Below are positions 52,462 through 64,000 of a stretch of 64,000 nucleotides of DNA, piece after piece. The position numbers and the translations under genes are program-made. The notes under the pieces were generated by a model. It was not told the origin of the DNA, made no database searches, and saw only the letters and a program-made list of their open reading frames with translations. The first letter of the stretch is position 1. Each line of letters opens with the position of its first letter. The stretch lies in the NCBI GenBank assembly GCA_965153285.1, contig OZ229116.1; one strand, given 5' to 3'. The stretch is from Podarcis tiliguerta (Eukaryota).

Positions 52462-54290
52462 TAGAGATGGTTGTAGCATGTATTCTTCACCAAAGGTGTT
52501 CACGTGGTGGATCCATAGGACTGGTTTCTGTGAAGTGCAATGAGGCTTCATCAGAATTGAGCTTAGGGATAGTCAGTAGACAGACATATTTGCATTTAGC
52601 CCATATGTAAGACTGTCCAAGCTGCATCTTAAGAACTGCTAGGGATGCTACGTGACAACACGTTTCTGTGCTGCAGACTTGAAGGAGGATGATAGGTCTT
52701 GTAGATTCATCCTTTGCCCAGATTACAAGAAGGTAAGACTGTGGTAGAACTGCAGAGTTTGTAGCATCACAAAGAAACAAATAAGTGCACAGAAGTATAA
52801 TTTTACTTACACCTTCCGCTCTGGAGGGAGTGATAACTGAATTTGAGTTGGAGTTGGAGTTGCCAACAGTCTTGATTCTAACCATGGAAGGATCTGAGGG
52901 AAGCGCTGTCCATTTCAAATGCTTTGAACTTGTATGGTACAACTGGCCTGACATGCTAACCCTTCAGCTGCAACCCGCCCCCAATACAGCTTCTGGGTTC
53001 TCTGCTGAGAGACAGTTCGAGACTGTGAGAAGGCAGCTGTAACTTGGGATTACAGGGATATTCCTGCATGAGAATTGAAAGTTTTATTAAAGGGTTCATG
53101 TATAAAACTGGCAAGTTGCAGCTTGGGGAAGAGGCCTATACCTTTAAAAGCCTCCAGTCAAGGCCCAGGGCTTGCGCTGCACCTCTCCTGTCCTGCACTC
53201 TGTCACAGCTGAAGGAGATGATGACCAGCTGGAGCAAAAGAAAATAATCTTCTTTGAGGGCCTGCATCTATTCACAAATACCATCCACATACATCAATCT
53301 TCTCAACAAACCCCCCTTTTCCTTTGTCCCTGCTCATCAGTTGTAGAGAAGAGGTGCACCACACACACCACGAGAGTGACAACAAAAGTGTGTTTGTGTA
53401 AGTGCAAACCCTTTCTCTAATTGCAACTTTGCACTTCCAGCTACAGATCCCCATTAGGGTCATTTCACACATTACAAGGCAGCAAACCTGGATTCGCATT
53501 GCCATTGAGTATTTACTTAACAGGCTGCTGTGACCAATCTGTACTCCCTGATCAGTGTGACAGAAAGATGTATTTGATTACAAATACACATTTACTGCAT
53601 CCACATATTACATTTTAGACGTATTTTTGAAAATGTAATGTGTGAAGAAGCTGCCTTTATTGATGTCTCTTTCAGGCTCATGAAATAGTTAGGTCAAAAT
53701 TAAACTGTTCTTGGGTGAGTGGTAGAACCAAGAGGTAGCAATCATATTGCTATGCAAATAGCAAATGTACAAAAGGTATTAAAAATCAATTGTTTTAATT
53801 ATTATACTGCATAGTCTCTCTCTTCCCCCGGCCCCTGATAGATTGAATATTCCATGCAGAAATCTCCATGTCAGGGCTTAATCTCATCTGGCAGTCCTCC
53901 CCTTGAACTTAGAAGAAAGCTTTGTCTTTTGTTAAAAGTAGAATTCTTGAGTCCCTAGTGTTCATTTGTAAACCCATATTTTGCTTTCATTGGGACACAT
54001 TAGTTCTCTAGAGAGAAACAGAAAAGCAAGTCTAGAGCTCTTACATGAAGTTAGAATTTATTTTAAAAGGTCTCTCAGTTGCTCGCACATAGCAGCTATA
54101 GATTAGCCAAGAATGGTTTTTGTTACACCTGCTGAAAATTAAGATTCTGAACCATTTCCCATTTTACAAAAGTATCCACATGTAATGATGCTTTTTTCTT
54201 CTTAATGAGATGTTCTTAAAGGTTGTAACTTATGCATTCCTGTGTTGAAATGGATGTACCTTCTCCACCTGCTAAAGGACTTGTGAATCT

Positions 54291-54417
54291 TTAAGAGGTC
54301 TTTAAGCAGAGGCTTGACAGTCATATGTCAGGAGTGCTCTGATGGTGTTTCCTGCTTGGCAGGGGGTTGGACTCAATGGCCCTTGTGGTGTCTTCCAACT
54401 CTATGATTCTGTGATTC
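54291..54417 (+). mobile_element. CR1 LINE 3' end, heavily 5'-truncated
   Basis: GGCAGGGGGTTGGACTCAATGGCCCTTGTGG...TTCCAACTCTATGATTCTGTGATTCT with a CR1 octamer tail, flanked by the direct repeat TGTGAATCT (54282-54290, 54418-54426). Confidence 0.88.
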
Positions 54418-57400
54418 TGTGAATCTAGACACCTCAAATACAGAGCCTATGTTTTATTTAATATATAAAAAGAACAATAGTCTTAGTCTTCCACTAATAA
54501 AAGGCACGAAAGCTGATTTTGTCTGTGAATGTCCCTTCAGTCACTGAGAAGTTCATCCTTGTCTGTGATGAGTGAAGGTAGAGCTTTCTCAAAGTTGACT
54601 TTTAGGAGATTGTCTGGAGTAGATACAATAGAAATAATGGTTTTTCAAAATGGATTGCCACTGCAGCCTGGGGTTTGGTGTGTGAACGTCGTGAGAAGTT
54701 TTCCATGAGATTATTATCTAATTGTTCTGAATCATTTACAATTAGATTTTGGTACAATATATGCAGTATTTTCCAACATTAGCTAACGTTAAACATTAGC
54801 TAACAAACGGAAGGAAAACATCACAACTTTACAGATAAGGGAAGGACGGGAGAATCATTGTGACATGAAAAGAAAACACATTATAGGAGGCAATTCTGAA
54901 AGCTCTCAGTAAGTTTAGCTTTGATTGAAGAAGGGTGATTTGTTGGCAGTTTTCAGATGAGGATAGAAGGAAAAGGAAGGACAGTAAGGCAGGTGGGAAT
55001 TATAAACATGGGCAACGGTTTGGCAATGCACTTGCTTAGGAGGACTGTGTTAATTTCCTATTTTAGAGATTTTCAAGGAAAGGTCAGGTTGTCAACAATG
55101 TTACTGCCCTCCTGGAAGCCAAGAGGAGCATATTAAGAAATCCCTTATAACTGAAACAGCAATGTCTGAAAGGGTATTTTATCACACTCTGGGTGGTGTA
55201 TCGCACCCTCCATGACAGCCCAAATTGATACAGAGATCCATCCAAGCAGATCTTTCACTAGATTATCAGCCTGCTAATTTCAAGAGCTGCAGCCAACCTG
55301 GGTCTCTTCTGGGTCAGCCAAAAGGTTACATGGTTGAAATGACGTTGCTTGCGCTTGATCAGCTCTAATGATACTATTACTCAAGCTATTGAGCTGCCAC
55401 TCCTTAGGGGAGAAGTTGCTTGTGTTTAATTTCTAGACAGAGACTATGAGAGAGCTTCCAATAAAACCTCTAAGAAAGAGATTATGGTGGACATGGAGTC
55501 AACAGTACCATGCTTAATATTTCTTCTATGATAATAAATAACAGAAAGGGGTGAAGCATTCTAAACTTTCAACTCAAGCGATCAATTTAAATTTTCAAGG
55601 ATATCTTCACAAGGAAAAAGGCTAAGATTTTTATTTTTTAAAAATGAAGCAAAGGATTAGATTTGACATTTCAAGATCCCCGGAGTCATTGGGAAGAGGG
55701 GGAGCAGCCACTGGTTTTCAGGCCCTGGAGGCCAGCTGTGATTATGCATCCAGTAAGGAATATCTTATCTGTTCTTCTCCTTTGAAAGGAAATCTACCTG
55801 AAATCCAATTAACATCACTCAGCTTTAGGCCAACATTTTCATATATTATAGCCTTAATTTTTCAGAGGTCTTGAGCATCAGCAGCTGCTATTTATAACAG
55901 AAAAAGAGGCACAGTGTTATTCAGCGCTTCAGACATAAGCATCTGAATTTAGGAATTCTCATAATGCCATAACCTACATCAAAGTGCCCTAGCTCTCAAG
56001 AAAGCACTGATTGCCACCACTTCCACTAACTAATGTGTGAACTCAGTGCTTAAATATGACAATTTCAGTCAGCTGTGGTATGCAAACAGGCTTCTTCAAT
56101 ATGGTAGAGAATATTTCTAAGAACCAAGTGATATTCCCAAGTATATCATAGACTGGAGAGAGGTCTTCCTTTGCACCGGGGCTCAGACTTGGAACCTGCT
56201 TTCAGACCATGTCCCAAGTGTTTTTCTGTCATCGCTAGAAAGCAACCACAACCTGTTTTCTTCTCATGAGTTTCAGGCAAGGTTGAGGCCTAGCATATAA
56301 CTTATTAGAATTTAAACACCAGCTGGGGATCATCATATTCTGCCACACCAAACTTCACAAATAAAAAGAAACACATCTTCCCAGGTATAAGTCAACAGGA
56401 TTCCAAATGTGACAACACGAAGGGAAAGAAAATAGTGCCTCATTCAATTAACCTTCTAGTCTCGTTATATTAATTTTATTGTGGTGAAAACCTTTTATTT
56501 TGTAGAGTTTTAAAGATTGCATTTGAAATTTTAAGTGAGGTTTTTCTTTAGACTCTGTTTACATAGAGGTGAAATTACCAAGGACATCTGAAAAGTAATC
56601 ATGATATTGTCCCTCAGGGATGCCTGAAAACATCTGTACATAAAAGAGGTCTCCAGTTTTCTTGGCAGTCCTTTTCCCCAAACAGTTAACGTAGTTGTAC
56701 TTTGGTACAAGAGAGTTTGTTACAAAAATGTTTAGGGGGCGGGAACCTGAAAATGTATGAATGACATGACTAAAGGAACATGTTTTAAATTCCTTCCACT
56801 GTTCCATTTCTCCCCTGGGGATTAAAGGACTTTAGAGCCATATTAGTCTTTCATAAGGTAATTCTTTTCTGAAAAAGAAACTTCCTGATCTGGATTGTGT
56901 GAACCCAACCTTATTTGATTGGCCTATTCAAATATAATCACTCCCAGTGGGTAGGTGGTTCATTAGGGTGTGAATATTTATAGCCCCTTGTAAAATCAAC
57001 TAGATCTGATGTGTCAGTCACATTGTACAATGAGGACGTAAAATGATTAAATAGCTTAGCTGTGTCTTATGCACTGGCTTCTTTTTTTCACAGGGATTCT
57101 TGTAATAGCATATAGAATGACTCCTTTTTCTTCAGAGCTCCAGTTGTTGAAAATGGTTCAATTGAGCATCTTAGACTGAAAAAATCAGTTCAATATCCCA
57201 TATTAAACTGAAACCATTAAAAAAATATTGCATTAGTTGCAATGTTCATAACTACTAACAATCTCTGCTTAGCTCCTCTTTGTGGGTTTCTTTGTTGTGT
57301 TTTGCCTTGTTGAACTGTGTTTTGCCTATTTTTAAGGTTTTTTTATGCTTGCTGTGTTTTTTATTTTTAGGAGTTGCTTAGCTGAAGAGTGCTGATGCTT

Positions 57401-57430
57401 CTAAATTGTACTATGATTTGGTGGCATGCC

Positions 57431-57786
57431 TATTGCCACCAAGTTATCCCAGTATCCCTGTTTCCCAGGGACACCCCCGATTTAGAGAAGCTGTCCCGGT
57501 TTCTGATTTGATCTGGAATGTCCTCCTTTTCCTTGGGATGTCCCTATTTTCATTGGAGAAATGTTGGAGGGTATGGGGTTATCTGACCCCTGAGCCGTTT
57601 CAAGGCAATCCTGTATAGGGAAGATTTTTAAAAAATGTTTAATTTTTATTATGTTTTTGTATATGTTGGAAGCTGCCCAGAGAGACTGGGGCAACCCAGA
57701 AAGATGTGTGGGGTATAAATAGCAAAATTATTACAGTTATGGAATGGCATGTCCCTATTTTCACCAGAGAAATGTTGGAGGGTATG
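57431..57786. mobile_element. Composite non-autonomous DNA transposon (hAT-like) with a duplicated terminus
   Basis: ATGTCCCTATTTTCAxxxGAGAAATGTTGGAGGGTATG occurs at 57538-57575 and 57749-57786, with multiple TGTCCC subterminal motifs. The left boundary is approximate. Confidence 0.7.
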
Positions 57787-60700
57787 CTGTTTTGCGTTGC
57801 CAGTAGTGGATTTATTTCATTGTTCAAATGAGATAGCGGATAGTCTAGTGTGTCTAATGGGAGGGCTGGCCCTGTTGGTCTAAGTTTAAAAAAGAAATAC
57901 GTTAGGTCAGTGAGTACAGTATTTCCTACAGCAAATGTAAATACCAATCATCAAGGTAATATTAATTTGCTAAAGCAGTTGAGAGAAGCAGGATATGGTG
58001 GAGGAAGGGAATCCAATTTTCATATAGGAACAATAATTCCACTATCACTTGCACTAAATGCAAATAAGCATAACTAGGAAAATGTTATTTAGCTATAGCA
58101 ATTTATGTGTACCCACTGTATATAAGAAACATGTAACAGCCCAGTGATATTTTGAAGTTTTGAGAGAGAAACTGGAGGCTCCACCTTTGGAGGAACGCCT
58201 GTAGAAATTCCAAGGAAAGTTGAGGAATTTCAATAACTTTCTGTTGGACCTATATGCATTCAAAAGACATAAGCAACTTAACTCCACCTTTCAAAACATA
58301 GAGGAAATCCCATCTAATCCCATCCAAATTAAAGGAGAGCCCAACAGCAAAAGCGAAACAAATCCTGATCATGACATTCCTCAGAGAGCCCTCTGAACCC
58401 TTCTCTTGCCCCAGTTTCCTGCCCCACAGGAAGCCGAAGATTGTTTGCTCAAAAGCATTGTCTTGGGAGGAGCTTACTCTGGCATGGTTGCTTATGCTTC
58501 AGGATTTGAATTGGGCCGGACTAATATCTGGGTTTGGTTCAGAATTCTGTGCAGCACACACGACCAAATGCATTCCTGGGCCTTGCCTTGTATGCTCAGA
58601 GCCTTTCTACAGGGCCAGCAATGTCTTGAATCCAGACGTTTCCAGATTGCATACTAACTTAGAAAATAATTCAGACCACTCAGTACCAGCATTGGATTGG
58701 TTCTTCACTGTATAAACATATACCTTTTCCTGTGAACGAGCATTCATACATTACAAATTAATTAACCCCTTAACAAATGTTAACCCTGCTTTTGTTCACC
58801 ACAGACTGATTAAGCTGATGAGCCTTTTTCACTCCGCTTTTGAAAAAGCACTAAACAGATAGCATGGTGAAAAATACTCTAATTTGTTTAATCTAAGATG
58901 AAAGATCCTGATTGAAATGCTTCTGTAAGTATCTGCTGGAAGAGTCATCAATTCACCCTTTTTGTAATTCTTTAAAAACCCTTATAATATGAACAGAAGG
59001 GTGATTAAAGGAAACTAATCTTAATTGGATGATTTTGAAAATGTTGTTTGAGAGTGCAGTATTTATTCTGGACTAATTAATTTGGAACAAAAATCTTCTG
59101 AACACAGCCTTTAGACTTGGGAGTAGGCTAAATATGCATAGCAAAACAATATTAGCTGGGTAGAGTTAAGCTTTCCATTTGTATTTGTATATATCCTCCA
59201 ACAGCTCAGTTATGTTTGACCACCATTAAGCTTCCTGCTAATGCAACCTATATCAGTAAGTAGTTTTCCTACACTAAGCGTGAATCACCATCTCTTCATT
59301 CTACAGCTTTTCCCTCCCTTTCATTCCCCTGCTGTTAGAGACCAAGAACTGACCTTAGATTACCCTTCATCTGACTCACAGTTGACAACAGATGGCCATT
59401 TCTGGGACTGTCATCAGGGTGACTTTTGAAGCACCCATGATTACTGTATTAAAGAGACTCATGACTAGTTCACCCTCCCTTCTCCTCTCCCATCCCTGGC
59501 TCCATTGTCCTCACTTAAGCTTTCCCTATTCAGAAACTGCATGTTGAAACTTAATACCTCCCAAAGTAACTGCTGCAAACCTCTAGATGATCCAAACACG
59601 TGCTGGAAAGAAAGCCTTGCGATCCACATATCAGAAGGGTCTGATGAAACAAAATTTCCTGTGTTTTAGAAGTGAAAAATTAACACTACAAATATTCTCT
59701 TTTATATTTGAGTTTTCATTCCCAAAGTTGGTTTTGCTCTAGTGATACTGTTTAAAGGGAGGGCTTTAATGGGTCTCAATAACTTTTTTCGCTTTGTCCT
59801 TCATGAGTTCTTAGGTGCCTTCCACATGTGCCTAGGACTTGGAATGCTGGAAAGATAGCCAGAGCGATCACTATCAGGGAGAATGTAGACTTGACACCTC
59901 CTGCCACTCTCTGTTATCTCCAATAAGCTAAACAGAACCCCTTCAACAGCATGTACATTTCAGCAAGCAGAAAATAATGTGTCACTCTGGAGCTCAAAAG
60001 CAATGGTAGTGCTGTGTCAGGCAGCAGCCCAACAAGATGTCTTTCTTTTATGGGACAGAGGGCTGTGTCCTGGCAACATTGGAACTTGTTCACTATCTCT
60101 TGACTTGATTGTCAGCAACAGGGGCAGACATTCAAAAGGTTTGTTTGGTGCTGGTGTGCACGTGTAAAAAAAAGCTACAAGTCCCCAAGAATTCCATTTT
60201 TATGGGCACGGTGGCAGCAGCGGTGGTGCTGGCTAGAAGCTGTCAGTTGGATTTATGGTGCTGACTATGAACAGCACCAGTGTACCATTAGACCCCAGCT
60301 CTGGTTCCTCTTTGGTTGCTCCATGAGGGAAGCAGGTTGAGGCAGAATCGATAGTCTTGCAGTCTACACACAACTGTTCTCTAGGCATAATAAGTTCTCC
60401 ATTTTTGCTCCCAGACTAAAGAACACCAAACCTGGGGAATAACATTCACTATTAACATCAGAAGCCAGTGTTGTGGTGGTGTTCCTGTTGTCCTATGGGA
60501 AAGCTAGCGCTCAATATCTTCGGCAGCGGTCAGAGGCCACTGTGGACACCGCTGCTCTAGCAGCAGCGCATCCTTCCTGGGTAACTCCAGCATCTATTTC
60601 TGATGCCTCTGGTACACTGAGCCACTTGTCTAAGGCAGCAGCTTGAAAGGGGCATCAGAAGAAGCTCCCTGTTGCCACCTCCACGAGCAACCACCACGAG

Positions 60701-60823
60701 CCCTCCAGAAAATGGGCACCTTTTGCTGGTGATTGCCCTGCTGCTGGAGCTCCTGTTGCCAGCAACTACTGGCTGGATATTTTGAGAAAGCCCTGTTATT
60801 TGGCTCATCTGCAGTGTCTATAG

Positions 60824-60960
60824 CAAGAACAGCCAACATGCTGCCCTCCAGATGTTGTTGGACTACAACTCCCATCATCCCTTACGTTGGTTGTGCTGCC
60901 TGGGGGTGGTGGGAGTTGTAGTCCTCAAGCATCTGGAAGGCTTCCTATTAGCTACTACTG
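60824..60960. mobile_element. Palindromic hAT-type MITE (same core as 42359-42498)
   Basis: CCAGATGTTGTTGGACTACAACTCCCATCATC ... GGTGGGAGTTGTAGTCC...CATCTGG. Flanks GTCTATAG and GTCTACAA match at 6 of 8 positions. Confidence 0.85.
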
Positions 60961-61183
60961 GTCTACAATAGGTAGAGGCCTCTGGTGCTGAGGGGTACAG
61001 CAGAGGCAGGCCCCATCTTGCTGAGATAGCAAAATGGCTTGCTCTGGACCAAGGGGGTGGCAATTCGTCAGTATATATTATAGATAGGAGAATAGCTTGA
61101 CCAAGCCACCTATGACATTTATTTGGGCTCCCCGCCTTTGAAAAACTGATTCAGTTTTTCTTTTCATTGTTTTGATCGGTCTA

Positions 61184-61391
61184 CAGTGGTACTTCAGGTT
61201 ACAGGCACTTCAGGTTACAGACTCCCAGAAATAGTACCTCGAGTTAAGAACTTTGCTTCAGGATGAGAATGGAAATCGCGTGGCGGCAGCGGGAGGCCCT
61301 ATTAGCTAAAGTAGTACCTCAGGTTAAGAACAGTTTCAAGGTTAGAACGGACCTTCAGAACGAATTAAGTTCTTAACCTGAGGTACCACTA
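61184..61391 (+). mobile_element. Tigger-like MITE (CAGTGGTACCTC family)
   Basis: TA followed by CAGTGGTACTTCAGGTTA at the left; TAACCTGAGGTACCACTA followed by TA at the right. Homologous to 16830-17067. Confidence 0.9.
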
Positions 61392-61740
61392 TATTCTATA
61401 GTTTCTTATTCTTTATGTTAAGAGATTTCTTTGACTTCTTTCATTCTCTTTGTGTCCTTTCCCCCCCTTTTCATTTATGATATGAGTCAGAAGAAGCAGG
61501 ATGTTCATTCTGTTGTGAAGTGCTCCCAGGGGCATTTTGACCTACAGCTGAAAGAGGTGCCGTGCTGTCCTGTCCTTACTGTGGAGATAGAGATTTCACC
61601 TCTTAGCCAGGAAAAACTGCAGTCGCCTGGACACCAGCAGATGAAATCATAGCAAGGTGCTTCCTGCAGTAAATGGCAGCATGATGTATCCATAAATCCC
61701 CATTCTGGAATTGCTGCTGTCATGACAAACTCCGCTTCTG

Positions 61741-61775
61741 CTTTCTGTCTGTAAAATGGGGATAATTATTAGTGA
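61741..61775 (+). mobile_element. MIR CORE remnant
   Basis: TCTGTAAAATGGGGATAAT matches the MIR core. Confidence 0.55.
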
Positions 61776-62685
61776 CAGTTTTCCTATACCATCAAATATT
61801 TTGCCAAGGCAGCCTTCTTTGGGTATGCGTTTTATAAGGATTATGAAGCATCATTAGCAAACCAAGAGTAAACAGAAAACATGAGGCTTAGAATAGGAGA
61901 AGCATAAATCTGAATCTAATCACAATCAACCCTTAATCTAAACAGGGTGGGGGATGCTGTGATGCATTGTTTTATATGACTGTTTCAGACACAGAAAGGC
62001 TGCTGTGTATCTTGAAAGATCTATTGTTTGCTATTGACAGGGTATGCTAGAGCAAGATATTTTCCAGAGCCAAACCTGTATTTTAAGAGGAATTCACATT
62101 TGTATCCTTTATTGTGATATTTGGCGGCAAGTCTACAGCTAGTAACAGTCTCTGCCCTGGAGCTATGAAGGAGTAAGACTCCATTGTTGGAGAGAGAGTG
62201 GTGCTCTGTGTAAAAAGCTGAGATGTGGTAGGCAAGATGAATCGCGCTTAAAAGCAGTGCTTGCGGTGCTGTCATTTAGAACAGGGAACACTGAAGCTTT
62301 AAACGAAAGTGAAAGGCAGGATAAACGCCCCCTTTAAAAGTGGTGGAATTCTTAAACTGCCTACAACAACAAATCTTTTCCATTGATGACTGCACTGAGG
62401 GCAATACAATTTGGCAGTGGATGGCTCTCTCTTGGGATGAGATGTACAGAAACTTTTTTTTAAAAAAATGTAAATACAATCATTTTGTAACAGTATGGCA
62501 AGTATTTCATGAAGGAGCATGTTCCAGAAATTCTATAAAGTAGGCTTGGCGTGACTTTATTCTCAGAGCATTTTATTTGCTGCTTTAAGACTGATTAACG
62601 TGTAAAATAACCCAAACAAAGGACTCTGTGGCACAGCTGATTCCTGACCATTGCCTTTCCTCTCTTCTGCTAAATTCCATACTTA

Positions 62686-62773
62686 TGGTGCAATCCTGTA
62701 CAAGTCTACATAAAAGAAAGCCGTTGAGCTCAATGAGACTTACCTCCTGGTAAAAGGAGATAGAATAGCAGCC
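62686..62773. mobile_element. Short palindromic MITE, possibly PIF/Harbinger-derived
   Basis: GGTGCAATCCT...TTGAGCTCAA...AGAATAGCAGCC with TTA on both flanks. A related, more decayed copy lies near 41911-42005. Confidence 0.55.
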
Positions 62774-63354
62774 TTAATCATTTACATATGAGTTAAATTT
62801 ATGCCCTGGCTTTCTTCTTTAAAAGAATCAAACTTTAGTTTAGTATACATGGCAGAGTCTTGCTCGCCCTGCTGGTCAAGTTTCACGTGGTTTACATGGT
62901 TTAATGCCTTCCTGTCATTGCTGATCTGTGTTGGCTTTTAAAATAGTCCAACTCAGAGCTGAGGGTTGGGCACACTTTCCACAATGTGGCGTTGCTTAAT
63001 AATCGTTCCACTTCAGTGAAGTCTCCATAGTGGCATGGAGCCCTGTCCATTGGCATAGTTTAGCATGACAATGGGATTCAGCACTGGTTCTGTGTTATAT
63101 GTTTTTCTCTAACAGTTTCCACTGTCCCGTCAGTATAGAAGGGCAACAGGGCTAGCTACGTAAGGCTTGTCTTAGGATAGGGTTTCAGGTTTTATTTAGA
63201 ATTTGTTTTGTGAGTTAGCTTTTGATCAACCCATGGCTTTTTACTCTAGATCCCTCTGCATATTTGAAAGTATTTTCCTAAGTAAGTTGTATTTACCTCC
63301 GGATCTTTTCTGGGCGGTGCATACAGGTAATTTATTTCTGCTACATGAAAAATT

Positions 63355-63672
63355 TAGGCCGGCTCTTCCATTAGGCAGAGTGAGACAATTGCCCCAGGTA
63401 GCTGATTTTGAGTGTCATGAGAGAAAATTATTAGCTATTTAGTTAATTGTCACTGTATTTTCCCTCAAAGGAGGGACAGAAGTGTTTGTGGCGTTTTCTG
63501 CTTCAGAAGCCAAAACAATTTGCACTTTAGAGTTGTTGTTGTTGTTGAATTTATATACCGCCGTATATCTGGAGGTCTCAGGACGGTTCACAGAGGGTAC
63601 TTGGCAAGAGTGAGGGGGAGACGCTGTTTGCTGCTCCACCCTCAGGAAGAAAAATATCTTGCACTGGCCCTG
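63355..63672. mobile_element. Diverged hAT-like element containing an antisense L2-type tail at about 63532-63594
   Basis: Ends TAGGCCGGCTCT ... GCACTGGCCCTG; interior (GTT)5 followed by TTTATATACCGCC...CTCAGGACGGTTCACA. Confidence 0.5.
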
Positions 63673-64000
63673 AGGGCACAAAATATCATCTTCACACAAT
63701 ACTTCAATGTACAGCTTCAAAAGGCAGCTCCTCCCACCCCCCGCTGCTTTCCTAGTTTTGTAATGTATTTATTCTACTAAACACATCAGCAAAACATAGG
63801 GTGCATATCAGTCTTTGAATGGTAGTTTCTCGCTCTGTCTGTGTGTGTCTTCCTGCAGATATATACCATACCATGTAGAGAAATGCTGTACCATTAAATA
63901 TTAGCAGTGCATTTTGCTTTGCTTTGAGTTTGTCAAGGTGAAAGGTGATTGTGCAGGAAAATGGAACACTATATTTGCTGTGCGACAGGCAGTAAGAACT

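Overview
This window is vertebrate genomic DNA. The repeat content (Sauria SINE, squamate tRNA-derived SINEs, CR1/L2/RTE/Penelope/DIRS relics, Tc1/mariner-pogo and hAT MITEs) points to a squamate, most likely a lacertid lizard; the taxon is an inference. The window lies in the 3' part of ZNF521 on the + strand. Only two short coding exons are present (47773-47904 and 52319-52434); together they encode zinc fingers 28, 29 and most of 30. Everything else is intron: non-autonomous transposons, SINEs, old retroelement fragments, microsatellites, enhancer-like unique sequence and eight N-blocks (1,958 bp in total). None of the ORF-track ORFs is a credible gene, although three overlap decayed retroelement coding remnants. 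I found no strongly supported new biological system. The best leads are: a hAT element with a perfect target-site duplication (TSD) carrying promoter-like GC-rich cargo antisense to ZNF521; N-blocks that may be masked conserved elements rather than assembly gaps; a still-readable DIRS reverse-transcriptase fossil; and several strong intronic hairpins. Repeat family names come from remembered consensus features, not from a database search.
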